DNA of 64,000 bases from Octopus vulgaris (taxonomy: Eukaryota): positions 93,496,001 through 93,560,000 of the forward strand of contig OX597816.1 of NCBI GenBank assembly GCA_951406725.2, in the 5' to 3' direction. The translations under genes were made by a program, and so were the position numbers. The notes beneath the pieces were generated by a model. That model saw only the letters and a program-made list of their open reading frames with translations, made no database searches and had not been told where the DNA came from. Position 1 is the stretch's first letter. The number at the start of each line of letters is the position of its first letter. Below, in pieces: positions 51,634 through 64,000 of the stretch.

Positions 51634-51913
51634 CCATGGATGGAATTTATAGATATTTTAATGTATCGTTACGCGCGTTTTCACAAATCATATGTTTCTT
51701 ACGATCATAGTCCGTACTCCCGGGATGATTATAGTACAGTCCGTAGTATCCTTGGACATTGTGTGGATCATATTCATGTGTTCATTTCCATGGCTACTAC
51801 GGGCAGTACAGTAACCATCCCAGGAATACGGACTATGATCGTAAGAAACATGTAATTTGTGGAAACGCGCTTAGCGATGCATTAAAATATCTATAAATCC
51901 CATCCATGGGTTA
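51630..51913. mobile_element. ~280-bp fold-back palindrome (MITE-like)
   Basis: TAATCCATGGATGGAATTTATAGATATTTTAATG... pairs with ...CATTAAAATATCTATAAATCCCATCCATGGGTTA over ~125 bp per arm. Confidence 0.8.
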
Positions 51914-51920
51914 ATATTAC

Positions 51921-51967
<47 letters not shown>

Positions 51968-52764
51968 GTGTATGTATGTATGTATGTATGTATGTATGTA
52001 TGTATGTATGTATGTATGTATGTTTGTATGTATAAAGTAAGAGGAGGGATATAATATCCAAGCCGATACCAAATTTCCCTGAGTAAAATGCCAAGGCCGG
52101 TTCCTTCAGATGATGCGTTTTTTGGTAAACTTCTTTTAGCTCCCATCCGATGTTACAGTTTATTTCTTGGCTACTTAGAGTGTAAAGTACATTATTGATA
52201 AGGAGAATGAAGAATTTGAACATTCAAATTTTTTGTTTAAGTTCAGTTAGTTCTTAGTGCTTGCTCTTGGACATAATAGTCGGACATAAAGTAGTAGTAA
52301 ACCATGACATTCTTCCATGGGATGTTTTGCTCAACTAATTGTTTGGTTAAAATTCAGCAGCAGCAGTAATTTTTGTTGAAGTTGGCAAATATTCTTGGCT
52401 AGGCGGGGAGTGGTTATTTATAGAATACGTATCTTTGATTGACATTTGAGTATTTTGGCGGATTTGAGAGTTGATTATATTATTTTAATTTTTGTAAGGG
52501 TTATTAATAGTAGTAGTGGATAATTACTAGGCAGTAAGAACCGCGTGGTTATCAAAAATAGTCAGTTCTTTAGAGTCTTTTAATTTATTATTGTTGTTTT
52601 AAAGTGTTTTTAGGCTGTTATATATAATCTTTTAAACTGAATTCTATTCTTATATCTTTTATATGTGTTTTTATTATCATAGTTATTATAGTTCTGTTTA
52701 GCGGGAAAAGTTTATTGAAGTTATATAAATTAATGCATTCCATTATTTTATTAAAAAAAAAAGA

Positions 52765-53170
52765 TAACGTTGCTTGTGTAAGCAATTAAAAATTCTTTCT
52801 TGTTCGGTATTAACTATCTTATTTTTCGAAGTAAATATTTGGTATAATTCCTTCAGGCGTAAATTGCATCTTTCGTCTCCGCTATTCTATAAGGTTTCGT
52901 CTCCCCTATTGTATGCAGTGCTAATACTTTCTCATTTTAATGAAAATTCAATATTTTCATCCTTAAGCGACCATATAAGCTTACTAAGATTTGTTGAACA
53001 TTTTCTAGTATTGTTTCTAAACGAACTTCCATGATTTGCTATTCTTTGTTTTATAAAGCATGAGCTAGCACCGATATATTAATTTTTATTTTTATGTGTT
53101 GTGACTACACATCTATAGACGGTATTTCTTACTTTACAGTTATTTTAAAAGTTACATTGCGTTCTCCTAA
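52765..53170 (-). pseudogene. Penelope-like GIY-YIG endonuclease fragment
   Basis: NCKVRNTVYRCVV...YIGASSCFIKQRIANHGSSFRNN...STNLSKLIWSLKD...CNLRLKE...NCLHK. Similar to the 35496 fragment. Confidence 0.75.
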
Positions 53171-53440
53171 CGCAATCACATTTTCCATGTATTATGCTAC
53201 GTTTTCATTATTAGATTTTATAATGTTTGTGTTTATTTTATATTTTTTGCTGATTATCTTTATTATTGCTGTTTTCATAAAAGTCGCTACTCTTTCTTGT
53301 CAGTATGTGTGCCTGTCTATTAGTTATAGAATTTATAGAATTATTTAATTGAGTAATTTCCCTTTGATCTTTATTTATTTTCTTTGTGATGATTTCAATA
53401 GAATTTAGGCTAATCATCTTACTATCGTTTTTAAAAATTG

Positions 53441-53475
<35 letters not shown>

Positions 53476-53912
53476 TTGATTTTCACTATTATTTACCTTA
53501 TTAATGTTATTGTCCTGTGCTTTTGCAATTTGTTTGCTGTTTGGGGCGGCTACAATTTAAGGTAAATTTCTAGAGTTGGAGAACGCAATTTTGATTTTTT
53601 TTTATTAAATAAATAATGATATTTATTCGTTACCAGAAAAAAATTATTTAGCGTTTCGTAGAACATTCTAGGTATTTTTGATTTAATTTAATTTTGCGAA
53701 GGGGTTATCATCCAGTCTTTAGAACGATTTCTTAACTTATAGTTTGCAATTAGTGCTTATGGTCAGAGTGAATGTTTTAATCTTGTCTCCTACTGTATTA
53801 GAGATTTTCTGTTTAATTTTATTATTATTAACACCCGACCTAAATCAGCTACTAAAATATGCGTTACCCATATTCATCTGTCTGGTAGCGACACGGCTTT
53901 TTTTGTTTGTTT

Positions 53913-53951
<39 letters not shown>

Positions 53952-54906
53952 TAATTTGACACGGGAAAACGAGACAGTGCGAGCGCGAATATAGGAACAA
54001 GTGATTTTCGTTGGAAGGAAATTTATATAAGAGAAAATGTGAATGTCAAAAAGAAAGACAGAATCAGGTAGAAGACAAGCGTCAAGGAAGGCAGGTAGCA
54101 AGAGAGAAAGGTGGCGAGAGAGAGAGAGAGAGGGGGAGGGGGGATCGTTAAGGAAAAGGCATGATGGAGTTGTTCCAATAGCAGCAGCAAGATCCAAAAG
54201 TAGAAACTGAATGGATAAGAAAAATAAGAGACAGTAAAAACTGAAAATAGAGGGAGAACTGAGTTAGGTGACAGTGAGAGAAAGAAACAAGTAAAGAAGG
54301 ATAGTGAAGGAATGAACGAAATACATAACTAGGAGAAGAGATTACGGTTGAAGGTGAATAACATCAATCATGATGAGCAATGAGCAAAAAGTCTGCTCTC
54401 GATATGTACGTAGACAAAGTACTTTTATGCAGAGGAAGTTCGACTCACAATCGAAAGATTGCGGTTTTGATTTCCAGACCGGCGGTACGTTGTGTTGTTG
54501 AGCAAAACCCTTGGAGGGTGAAAGGGCTGCACTAATTAGGTATGCAGTTTCGTCTGAACAGACTGGATCAATATGGACTGAAGCTCTTTGTTCAAGGACA
54601 GAATGCGCTTCTGGTCCAGGAATCGAAACCGCGACTTTGTAATTGCGAACCCAACATCTTAATCACTAGTCCTCACACATTCAGAATACTCATACATACT
54701 TGCATGTATATATTTGCATATATGGGTTCACACATATACAAACACACATACGAAGGGCTCCACGCAGTTTCGACTTGCTAATTTCACTCACAAGGCATTG
54801 GTCAGTCTGAAGCTCCAGTAAGAGACAGTTACCAAAGATTTCGCTATTCTTAACAATACAATCATGTATGTATATGTGTGTTTGAAAGCCCGAGTATAAG
54901 CGTGTA

Positions 54907-55440
54907 CGATGCTCATTCCAGATGTTTTAAGACTTTTCTGTTTTTTTTCTTTTAAGAGAGGCAATTATAACTGTCCAAGATTATCGTACTTTCAGTATTA
55001 CCGTACTTTTATTAGATGGATATCATAACTATACATCTAATAAACTGGCCCGACAACTTACGTTACTCCAGATTGAAGGACACGGCTATATCAACACTTT
55101 GAACACACCCTACTAAACACTGCTTTTTACAGCTCACTAGTTTGGAAGCTCGCTATTCAATGAAGTCTTGTATTAAACTGGGTAAAATTGCTACAGAGAC
55201 TTATGAAACGCTCCACACTACATATTCTTTTCTTTTATTGTAGTCTTTTACTTGTGTCAGTCATCTGACTGCGGCAATGCTGGAGCACCGCCTTTAGTCG
55301 AACAAATCGACTCAAGGACTTATTCTTTGTAAACCTAGTACTTATTCTATCGGATTCTTTTGCCGAACCGTTAAGTTACGGGAGCGGAAACACACCAACA
55401 TCAGTTGTCAAGCTATGGTGAGAGGACAAGCACAGACACA

Positions 55441-55494
<54 letters not shown>

Positions 55495-56204
55495 TATACG
55501 ACAGGCTTCTTTCATTTTCCGTCAACCAAATCCACTGAGACTAAGGTAGAAGATACTTGCCCAAGGTGCCTGGCAGTGGAACTGAACCCGGAACTATGTA
55601 GTTAGGAATCAAGCCACTTCTTCGCCTATATGCGTAAATTTTCGCAAGCACAAGAGGCCAGGCAGAGCAAACCCACCAGAAAACGCATGAGAATCCCCTT
55701 TTTTTGACATCAAGGGCATCATCATCATCCACTTGGTTCCCTCTGGCCAGACGGTCAACAAACAATACTTTGTGAAAGTTCCGAGGGAGTTCAGGAAGAG
55801 AATTCTTTGCAAAAGGCCTGAGCAACTGCACCAGAACAATACACCACTCCACAATTCCATCCTGGTAACCAACAACTTAACAGAGACAGTCATCAAAGCT
55901 GTCCATCACCCTCCCTACAATACAGACCTTGCTCCCTATGACTTTTGGTTGTTCCCAAGCTAGAACAGAACTTCAGGGACAGTTGTTTTGAAGACATAGA
56001 GAAAATGAAGGAGGCTGTGAAAAGGGTCCTGGACACCTTGATTAAAAGGGAATTCTATGAGGCCATCACGAGGTGGCTGGAGTACTACAACAAGTGCAGT
56101 GAAGTCAGTGGATCCTACGTTAAAGGAGATTAGAATTTTGTATTTCTTTGAAATTAAGAAATGTCACTCCTGAACGTGTCTCAAAACTTCTGGAATGTAT
56201 CTCG
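54907..56204 (+). mobile_element. mariner (irritans-like) with both TIRs, decayed, interrupted by SINE B
   Basis: TIRs TA|CGATGCTCATTCCAGATGTTTTAAGAC and GTCTCAAAACTTCTGGAATGTATCTCG|TA. Translations include ARYSMKSCIKLGKIATETY, FFDIKGII, LHQNNTPLH and HPPYNTDLAPYDFWLFP. Confidence 0.85.
55243..55628 (-). mobile_element. SINE family B nested in mariner
   Basis: Homologous to 22455-22856. Confidence 0.8.
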
Positions 56205-57043
56205 TATGTCTGTGTGCACAGGTGTATGTGATTTGGCAGGATGGCGGTCGGAGTCACGGATGTTGCAAGAACTATGGTGAGTAGAACGGGCGGATGGAAG
56301 TGAGAGAATGCAGTATCGTTTTTTTTGGGGTTTTTTTGTAGAAAGGACAAACGTGGCTGGGTAGTTCATTTCAATCATTCGTTTACTACAAAGCCTAGAA
56401 TACTTTGTTAGTGGTATGGGTGCAGATAAGGAGGAGGTGGGTATAGTATTGTATGTAATGTGTGTACGTATTTGCGTGTGTGAGTGTGTGTGTGTGTATG
56501 TGCGTGTGCGTGTTTGTCTATATGAATGTGCTTCTGTGCACCTCTATGTCGAGCAGTTGTCTGTGTGTGCATGTGCAATTGCATACGGCTGCATGTATTT
56601 GTATGAAAGTGTGTTTCTCTGAATGTCTGTATTTTGTGTATACGTGTGTGTAAATGTGTGCACGCATGTATGTGTGAGTATGTGTGAGTGAGTGAATGAG
56701 TCTGTATTTGTGTGCCTGAGAGTAAGTTTGAGCGTGTGTGTGTGCATTTATGGATGTGTGTGTGTGTGTGTGTGTGTGGGCGGCTGCATGTGTGAGAAAG
56801 TGAGAGAAATATGTATGAGAAATATATGTGATTGCATGTGTATGTGCGTGAGTAAATGAATGGTTGTAGATTTGTAGTTATGTTTGTGTGTGTGTGTGTC
56901 TGCGTGCATGTGTGTGTGTGAGTGTATGTGTGTATGTGTGCGATTTTGTGTTTGTGCCTGTGTGTATGTATACGTTTGTGTGTGGATATTTGCCCATGTC
57001 AGAATATATGAGTATTCGGCGTGTGTCTGTATATTTATTTATA

Positions 57044-57078
<35 letters not shown>

Positions 57079-57254
57079 GCATCTGGGCTTACGTAGTTAT
57101 CTGTGTCTGTAATTGTATATGTATGATTGCTGAAGCGCGCGCATTTGTGTGTGTGTACGTGTGTGTCTGCGTGAAGGGTATGTGTTGATGGGTGGGTGGG
57201 TGCGTGCGTTTGTATGTATATTTATGTAAGCATGAATGTGTTTACATAAATATT

Positions 57255-57289
<35 letters not shown>

Positions 57290-57303
57290 GTCTATGCGGA
57301 TAA

Positions 57304-57360
<57 letters not shown>

Positions 57361-57371
57361 CGTGCCAGCGA

Positions 57372-57414
<43 letters not shown>

Positions 57415-57501
57415 CAAACACAATCACATATATATATATACATATACATATATATACTCACATATATACACACACACACACACGCACATACACACACGTA
57501 T

Positions 57502-57539
<38 letters not shown>

Positions 57540-57743
57540 TCGCGTGTCTTTTTTAATGAAGTATGTGTTTGGATGTAACAGTATGTATATGTCTGAGACA
57601 TAGGTATAGGTGAGGGGAAGATATTAAGCAGGCGAGCTGGCGGGCACCAGCTAGCACCCCACCTTTCCTCAAACACACATTGACACTTGTGCAGTCTTAA
57701 TACTGACGTAAACAATCTACTAGTGAACTTACACATATCAGTG

Positions 57744-57792
<49 letters not shown>

Positions 57793-57939
57793 TACACACT
57801 CACACACACATACACACTCATACACACTCACACACACACACACACATACACACGATATGTATATATTTAACTCTCAACTTTCCAGCTCATCTCATTCGCC
57901 TGTTCTTCCTTCCTTTTCTGCTTTTCCTTTCTTCTCTCT

Positions 57940-58096
57940 TCTCTCTCTCTCTCTCTCTCTTCTTCTTCTTCTTCTTCTTCTTCTGCTTCTTCCTCCTCCT
58001 CCTCTTCTTCTTCTTCTTCTTCTTCTTCTTCTTCTTCTTCTTCTTCTTCTTCTTCTTCCTCCTACTACTACTACTACCACCACCACCACCACCACC

Positions 58097-58177
<81 letters not shown>
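57940..58177. repeat. compound microsatellite (CT)n-(TTC)n-(CTA)n-(CCA)n-(CTA)n
   Basis: Directly visible in the sequence. Confidence 0.95.
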
Positions 58178-58178
<1 letters not shown>

Positions 58179-58357
58179 TTTCTTAATTTTTTCTATCACT
58201 CAGTATTTGAGCTGTTGCTTTGGCGTAGAGAATGTCTATCACCTATCTAACTCTTATTTTCGTTCGTGTATGTGTGTGTGTGTGGCTGTGTGTGTGTATG
58301 CGTGTGTGTTAGTATATAGATAGATAAATAGATAGTTAGATAGATAGATAGATAGAT

Positions 58358-60110
58358 ATGTTTCTTTATTAGCCACACAGGGCTGCACACAGATAGAACA
58401 AATTACAAGGTAGAGCTTTTCTTTTGAAGGTTTAAAAAAAAAAAAAAAAAAAAGGAAAGGGGAGAGTTTCGATCAAAAGGGATCGTAAAGGGAGAGAAAG
58501 AGGACAAAAAAGGGGGGGTTAAAAAAAAGGAAGGAGAGAAAAAAATTGATCAATAGGGATCGTTATCACAGAAATGTCAATATGAAGTGTAAAGGGGAGG
58601 ACAGGTGAGGTTTACCCGTGGAAAGAAAAGCCTACGGAAAAGACCACGGTAACCTCGGTCAATGAAATCACATTTTATATTTCTTTTTTTTTTTTTTTTG
58701 CAAATAAGCAAATCTCTGTTTTCAATTTCTGGGTTCATAGGATTATGCTCAAGGTGGCTTCGTCATTCATACGTGCCATTCTTGCTACATTCACCCATCT
58801 TTTTTTAAAACATTCGCTAGACAAAACTTGCCTCTCTACTCTCACTTTCCTTTTCAAGTGGTACTTGAAGAAGTTGATGAGAGATTGACCAGAGAGGAAA
58901 GTGTTTGTCTCCAATCCTTTCAGACGCGTCCACCAGATACATTCTTTCGCCATAGCCACAAGGATGATGAAAATAGCTCTTCCTTCCCGTTTGAAGGAAG
59001 GAGGCGTGACAATATTGACGATAGACTCAGCTGATAAACCGACTCGTCCCACACGTAACAGCAGTTGTTCGACATAAGCCCACAGGTGGGAAATTGTTGG
59101 ACACTGAACGAGTGCGTGCAGAACGGTTTCGTCGCTCTGACCGCATCTCGGGCAGGTCGGCCCCGTGTTTCTCGAGCCGTGTCTGTAGAGCTTATCCCGA
59201 ACGGGTAGCGCTTCTCGGTAGCACTGCCAGGCCAGGGATCTCTGGAAGTTGTCCATGGGCCCGGGCCCGAAAGTCGTCCTGAACAGGCGGGTCAGGTACT
59301 CCTCGTCGACGTCCAGGTTCGACCCGAGCTCGTCGTCGTACCTCCCCTCCACTAAACCCCTATAGAATGCTTTGGTTGTGTTGAAGTCACTTAAGGTCGA
59401 CCCAGGACGGCAGAGTTGCTTGAGAGCAACGCGACACTCGCGGTGCCATTCGCCCTTCCTCGGCCTCTTTTTGATCCACGACTGCAGTTCGGTCATGGAG
59501 ACGAGCTGCGGGAAAGCGTGCCTCACAAACGGCGACCACACCTGTTCACCGTCGTCTACATAGAGCCAGAGATGTCGCTGTCTCAGCGCGTGTCTGCGCA
59601 TCATCAACCACGGCATGCCCAGCCCTCCTTTTAACGGGTGTTGACAGCAAATGGATCGCCTGACCATCGGGACGCATCCTTTCCACAAGAAGCGAAAGAG
59701 AATGCGTTGTAGTTTGGTGATGGTAGGGTCGGGACAAGGTACGACGGTCAGGCGGTAGTAGATGACGGACGCGATGTACGTGTTCGCCACCTCCGCTCGA
59801 CCTTTTAGGGACAGTTTCCTCTCGGCCCATTGCTGGGCGAGAGTGACCACCCTACTCGTTATCTCGTTCCAGTTCTTCTCCACTTGGAGGTCCGGACCAA
59901 ACCAGACCCCGAGCAACTCAACCGGGCCGTCGGTCCAGCGTCCCACGATGGAGGCGCTGGTGGACGGCATGGGCTTGCTTCTCCAGGTGCCTAGTCGCAA
60001 GCCCACTGACTTTTCCCGGTTGATTTTCGCTCATGTCACCGCTTCGTAGTTTTTCAGTGTCTCGCCGACCAGCTCGATGTGCTCGTGGCTAGACACTATG
60101 ACGGTGACGA
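58358..60110 (-). mobile_element. Tx1/L1-clade LINE, 5'-truncated, young
   Basis: Starts just after the RT YADD position (VTVIVSS...YEAVT*AKINREKS), followed by a 423-aa ORF2 C-terminus and a ~375-nt 3' UTR ending AATAAAGAAAC. (GATA)n on both flanks. Confidence 0.9.
58735..60006 (-). CDS. Tx1/L1-type ORF2 C-terminal part (RT thumb plus zinc-binding region), transposon-derived and truncated
   Basis: LLGVWFG, WAERKLSLKGRA, LFRFLWKG, GGLGMP, LPVRDKL and CPRCGQSDETVLHALVQC motifs. Confidence 0.8.
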   Translation of the reverse strand: MGLRLGTWRSKPMPSTSASIVGRWTDGPVELLGVWFGPDLQVEKNWNEITSRVVTLAQQWAERKLSLKGRAEVANTYIASVIYYRLTVVPCPDPTITKLQRILFRFLWKGCVPMVRRSICCQHPLKGGLGMPWLMMRRHALRQRHLWLYVDDGEQVWSPFVRHAFPQLVSMTELQSWIKKRPRKGEWHRECRVALKQLCRPGSTLSDFNTTKAFYRGLVEGRYDDELGSNLDVDEEYLTRLFRTTFGPGPMDNFQRSLAWQCYREALPVRDKLYRHGSRNTGPTCPRCGQSDETVLHALVQCPTISHLWAYVEQLLLRVGRVGLSAESIVNIVTPPSFKREGRAIFIILVAMAKECIWWTRLKGLETNTFLSGQSLINFFKYHLKRKVRVERQVLSSECFKKRWVNVARMARMNDEATLSIIL

Positions 60111-60118
60111 TAGATAGG

Positions 60119-60173
<55 letters not shown>

Positions 60174-60194
60174 GTAGGTAGGTAGGTAGGTAGG

Positions 60195-60245
<51 letters not shown>

Positions 60246-60250
60246 GTAGG

Positions 60251-60336
<86 letters not shown>
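60110..60336. repeat. (GATA)n/(GGTA)n microsatellite
   Basis: About 225 bp of tetranucleotide repeat. Confidence 0.95.
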
Positions 60337-60344
60337 TTTTGTCC

Positions 60345-60525
60345 ATCACGAGTGAGCGATTGCTTCAGATACTATCTGCCAGATGAAATCGTAAACACAA
60401 TCTGCTCCATCTACGCAGACTCTAAAAGTTTCGTACGCATCCCTGACGGAGACACCGATACGTTTGCAGACAACACGTGTTCTCCAAGGGGATACCTTAG
60501 CTCCTTCCTTTTTCATTATTATTCT
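60345..60525 (+). pseudogene. RTE-clade RT fragment
   Basis: [30 protein letters not shown], then VLQGDTLAP..FII (RT domain 4). Frameshifted. Confidence 0.7.
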
Positions 60526-60576
60526 TGTACGGTGCGCTATATTACGTTTTCAGTGATTCTTATTACTCTCTCTCTC

Positions 60577-60624
<48 letters not shown>

Positions 60625-61000
60625 CCTCTCTTTTTCCCTCCCCTCTTTCTCCCACTCCTCTTTAGGTGGCATATGGGTGGGTATATATTTATTAAAAAAA
60701 GTTTGAAAACGCCACTATATAAGATAAATTTTAATTTTCTTAGAGATTTTACATGTTCCGGTTCTTGAAAAAACGAACCGTATCAAAAATATTTTAAAAA
60801 GTTAAGTGTAATAAAAAAGTTCATAATTGTTTCTTACTAGTCTCAACAGAGTCCACGTTGTGGTGTTTTGTGGGCGGGGAAAGCATAATGGCTGTCTTGT
60901 GCGTTGACTAGATTCGTTGGCTGTAATTGTGGAAATGACCGGTGGCCGAAGTAACAGTAGTAGCAGTGACTATATATACATGTATGCTTATGCATGTACG

Positions 61001-61065
<65 letters not shown>

Positions 61066-61088
61066 GTATGCGTATGTGTGCGCATGCA

Positions 61089-61340
61089 TGGAGGTGCGTG
61101 GCTTAGCGTCTCGGGTGTTGCATTCATTGTCATAATATTGTAGTTTTGATTTCTGGACTGGTCAATACATTGTGTTCTTGAGCAAAACACTTCATTTCAC
61201 GTTGCTGTAGTCCAGTCAAAAATGAATAACCCTGCACAGAACTGGCATCTCGTCCAATGATGTAGGTTGAATGCAGCCACTGAATCCTGGAAACCGGCCT
61301 TATGTTCTTATGGCTCGGAGTGGACATTTGATCCTTTTGA
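61089..61340 (+). mobile_element. SINE family C
   Basis: GGAGGTGCGTGGCTTAGC...TGTGTTCTTGAGCAAAACACTTCATTTCACGTTGCT, matching 7414. Confidence 0.75.
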
Positions 61341-61402
61341 TATCCCGTGTGCGTGTGTGTATATGTGTGGGTGCGCGTGTGTGTGTGTGTGAGTGTGTGT
61401 GA

Positions 61403-61454
<52 letters not shown>

Positions 61455-64000
61455 GTGTTCTAAAGAATAAGATGTGAAATATAGCATTTAGAAAACGGAT
61501 TTAAAATTTACCAAAGAATCATGTTGGATAAGATTTGGTTGTCTAACATATCTATATTTTCACACCGACCATTTAAGATGTCATTTTTGCTTAAGAACCC
61601 TCCGAACACATTCACACACACAACGAGTCCCATACCTACTTTTTATACTCAACTTTTTTTTATTCAACACACAAACAAAAGCCTTCCTTGCAGTTCAAAC
61701 GTACGTAAACATTCAGTTCTTTTTAAATACAATCTTTCATCACATAATTTCTTTATCACATATTCAGCACATATTTGACAAATGAAATATACAGAGAATA
61801 TTATTAAGAGTGTAAGTTGTAAAGACTGCAATAGCGTTATCAGAAGCTTTTTTTTTATATATATATATTCGTATTTTATTCCGGAGAGGATGTAGTGACC
61901 ATTGCACTTTAGAGGGTCTCTGATACCAATACGAGAAAGGGAAAAAGATGGAATCGGTTACCTTTCTTGAATGCTTGCAACAGAATGGACTCCACAAGAG
62001 ATACCTATGTTGCCAAGTAGTGGTGTTTAAACTGGCTACGGACTAACCCAATCACTCTAGTAAGCCATGGTGGGACTTGAACTCAGATCGTAAAGTGCCG
62101 GAACATATACCGTAAAGCATCCGGTAAGTCCTGCCAATTCGCTGTCATGTATTTGTTGTTTTTATCGACATCGAAAACTTGAAAAAGTGAGTTGATTTCG
62201 TTGAGATTTGAACTCAGAAAATCTGAACAAATACCGCGTAGCATTTTATTCACGCTCTAATGACAGCCATATCGCCGCCTAGCTTGTGAGAGAAGTGAAC
62301 TTGTTACCTCTAGTTTTGCAACATTATCATGTAACGTCTGATTTAGTTTTATTTATATATACCATTGACTCACTGATTACTTATCTAACAGTGGGACTAC
62401 TTCAGAAAACAAGTTCGACTTTCCTTAGATATGTTCCCATGTAGCACACCTAAGGTAGCACACCTTCCAGATATTTCGGTTACTTATCTGTCTGGATGTG
62501 GGTGGAAAAGACACACCTTTTGCACATTGCCATCCGAAGTCACTGAATAACCGTCGCAAGCACGAGAAAGAAAAGAAAAACGAAGGATAAAAATAAACAG
62601 GATGTAGCCTTAATGGCGAGAAATTGCAAATAATACTCAGTTGAGCGTGACTGATGATGAACAAAAATAACAGTATTCATATAGATGTATTCCCTAGCCA
62701 ACAAACAAAATAAAATTTTGGTCAACAAATTCTAATTAAGGGAGCAGTAGAGTCAAATCAATAGCAAGCGGAACAACCAAGTTAACCCTTAACGACTCAT
62801 ACGGCTCGCCTTGATGTTTTGTTAAGTCTATGCCTAAGACCAATAGCTGGTGCTTAGCTGTAAATTGGCACAGAGAAGGAACAAGTTACTATTGGAAATA
62901 ACAGCTGTGCTATATAATTAATTAATATTTCGTTAACTCTAAGTCCAAATAACTCCTCTAATGAATATGGCTTTTAGAAGCAACTTGCCTAAATATAGTG
63001 TATGTAGACGAAATCTTTAACGGTAACTCCTTAACATAAGTGTGGGCAAATAATATTTTAGATGAACTATTTTCTACAAAATGTTAGTTCCACTGATCTT
63101 TAGTATTTAACATTTTTATCATAACTCACCATTCTCGTTATGTACGAAGTGGTTCACTGACTTTGCTCGTCATATCCAAGAAAAGACAACTCATTCTCTC
63201 TATTTTTTTCCCAAATCAGCAGACACTATTAACAGAATAATATCACCACCTAAGTGGTGGTTTGCTGGGTTCATGGACAAGACACTTTATTTTTGCATGA
63301 TCAATATTTTATCTGCACAGTGGGTACCATGCATGCACAATTTAACGCTGTGAGTAGTAGTGGAAAGCATTATGCAATTAACAAGAATTTAATATCAACA
63401 TGTGTCGTGAGTGAGTATAGTTTAGAGAGAGGTTCTTCTGGGAGGAGATGGAATCTAACCTACTCACTGAAGAAGAGACAGACAAACAAACTGACTGACA
63501 GACAGAATCAGTTAGGGTGCTTTAGCAAAGTACGAGGCACATAAGGGATTATTTAAGATAAACCTGCATTAAATTGTCCTTAGATATTTAAGGGATGATC
63601 GTAGGTGCCAAGTCTATGGCCAACTTTTGAATAATTACACATCATAATTTCGTTAGCGAAAATAAACTTGGAAAAGATTTTATTAAACGAACTCATCCCT
63701 AAGCCTGTATTGATATTGCGTTCTCAATAATAACCGTAAAATTTTTTCTTTGTCATTTTGTTTAAGAATTTAATTTTTCTGGATATTATAGCATTGTTGT
63801 TCGATGGAAGATGCTAGATTTACTTGAGAATATACCGTTGTTGTATTACGGAAGACTGTAAACTTTGTTTAGTTTATAATGTTGAAATATGGAAGACTGT
63901 AGCTTTTGTTGTACCATGGTAGACTCAAGACTTAGTTCAGATTATATAATTTTCTTGCTATTGAAGAAGAGCATATAACGCAACTAGAGGTAATTAATTA

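Noticed and set aside
57687-58250. 187-aa ORF with poly-F/L/P tracts resembling a membrane protein
   Set aside because: Entirely a compound trinucleotide microsatellite.

Overview
AT-rich, microsatellite-dense eukaryotic DNA. Its repeat complement resembles a coleoid cephalopod (Octopus-like) genome; this is inferred from recalled SINE and 5S sequence types, not from a search. I cannot support any host protein-coding gene, and nearly all ORF-track hits are microsatellite translations or transposon fragments. The window holds three tRNA-like SINE families (about 25 copies), at least seven mariner/Tc1 relics, and pogo-like, Merlin-like, piggyBac-like and Helitron-like DNA elements. It also holds LINE fragments (a young Tx1/L1-clade 3' segment, R4/Dong-like, RTE, I/Jockey-like), Penelope-like GIY-YIG fragments, a polyadenylated 5S rRNA retrocopy and several long fold-back palindromes. 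Four observations stand out. (1) Minimal hammerhead-ribozyme motifs sit inside inverted-repeat modules, and one has a compensatory U3-A8 core. (2) A ~55-nt 3' tail is shared by the Tx1-like LINE, SINE family A and a 2-kb non-autonomous element. (3) The Tx1-like LINE is embedded in (GATA)n on both sides. (4) SINE A occurs as 1-, 2- and 3-unit forms with the same junction, and the multi-unit copies are bounded by TSDs. All coordinates were read by eye and may be off by a few bases.
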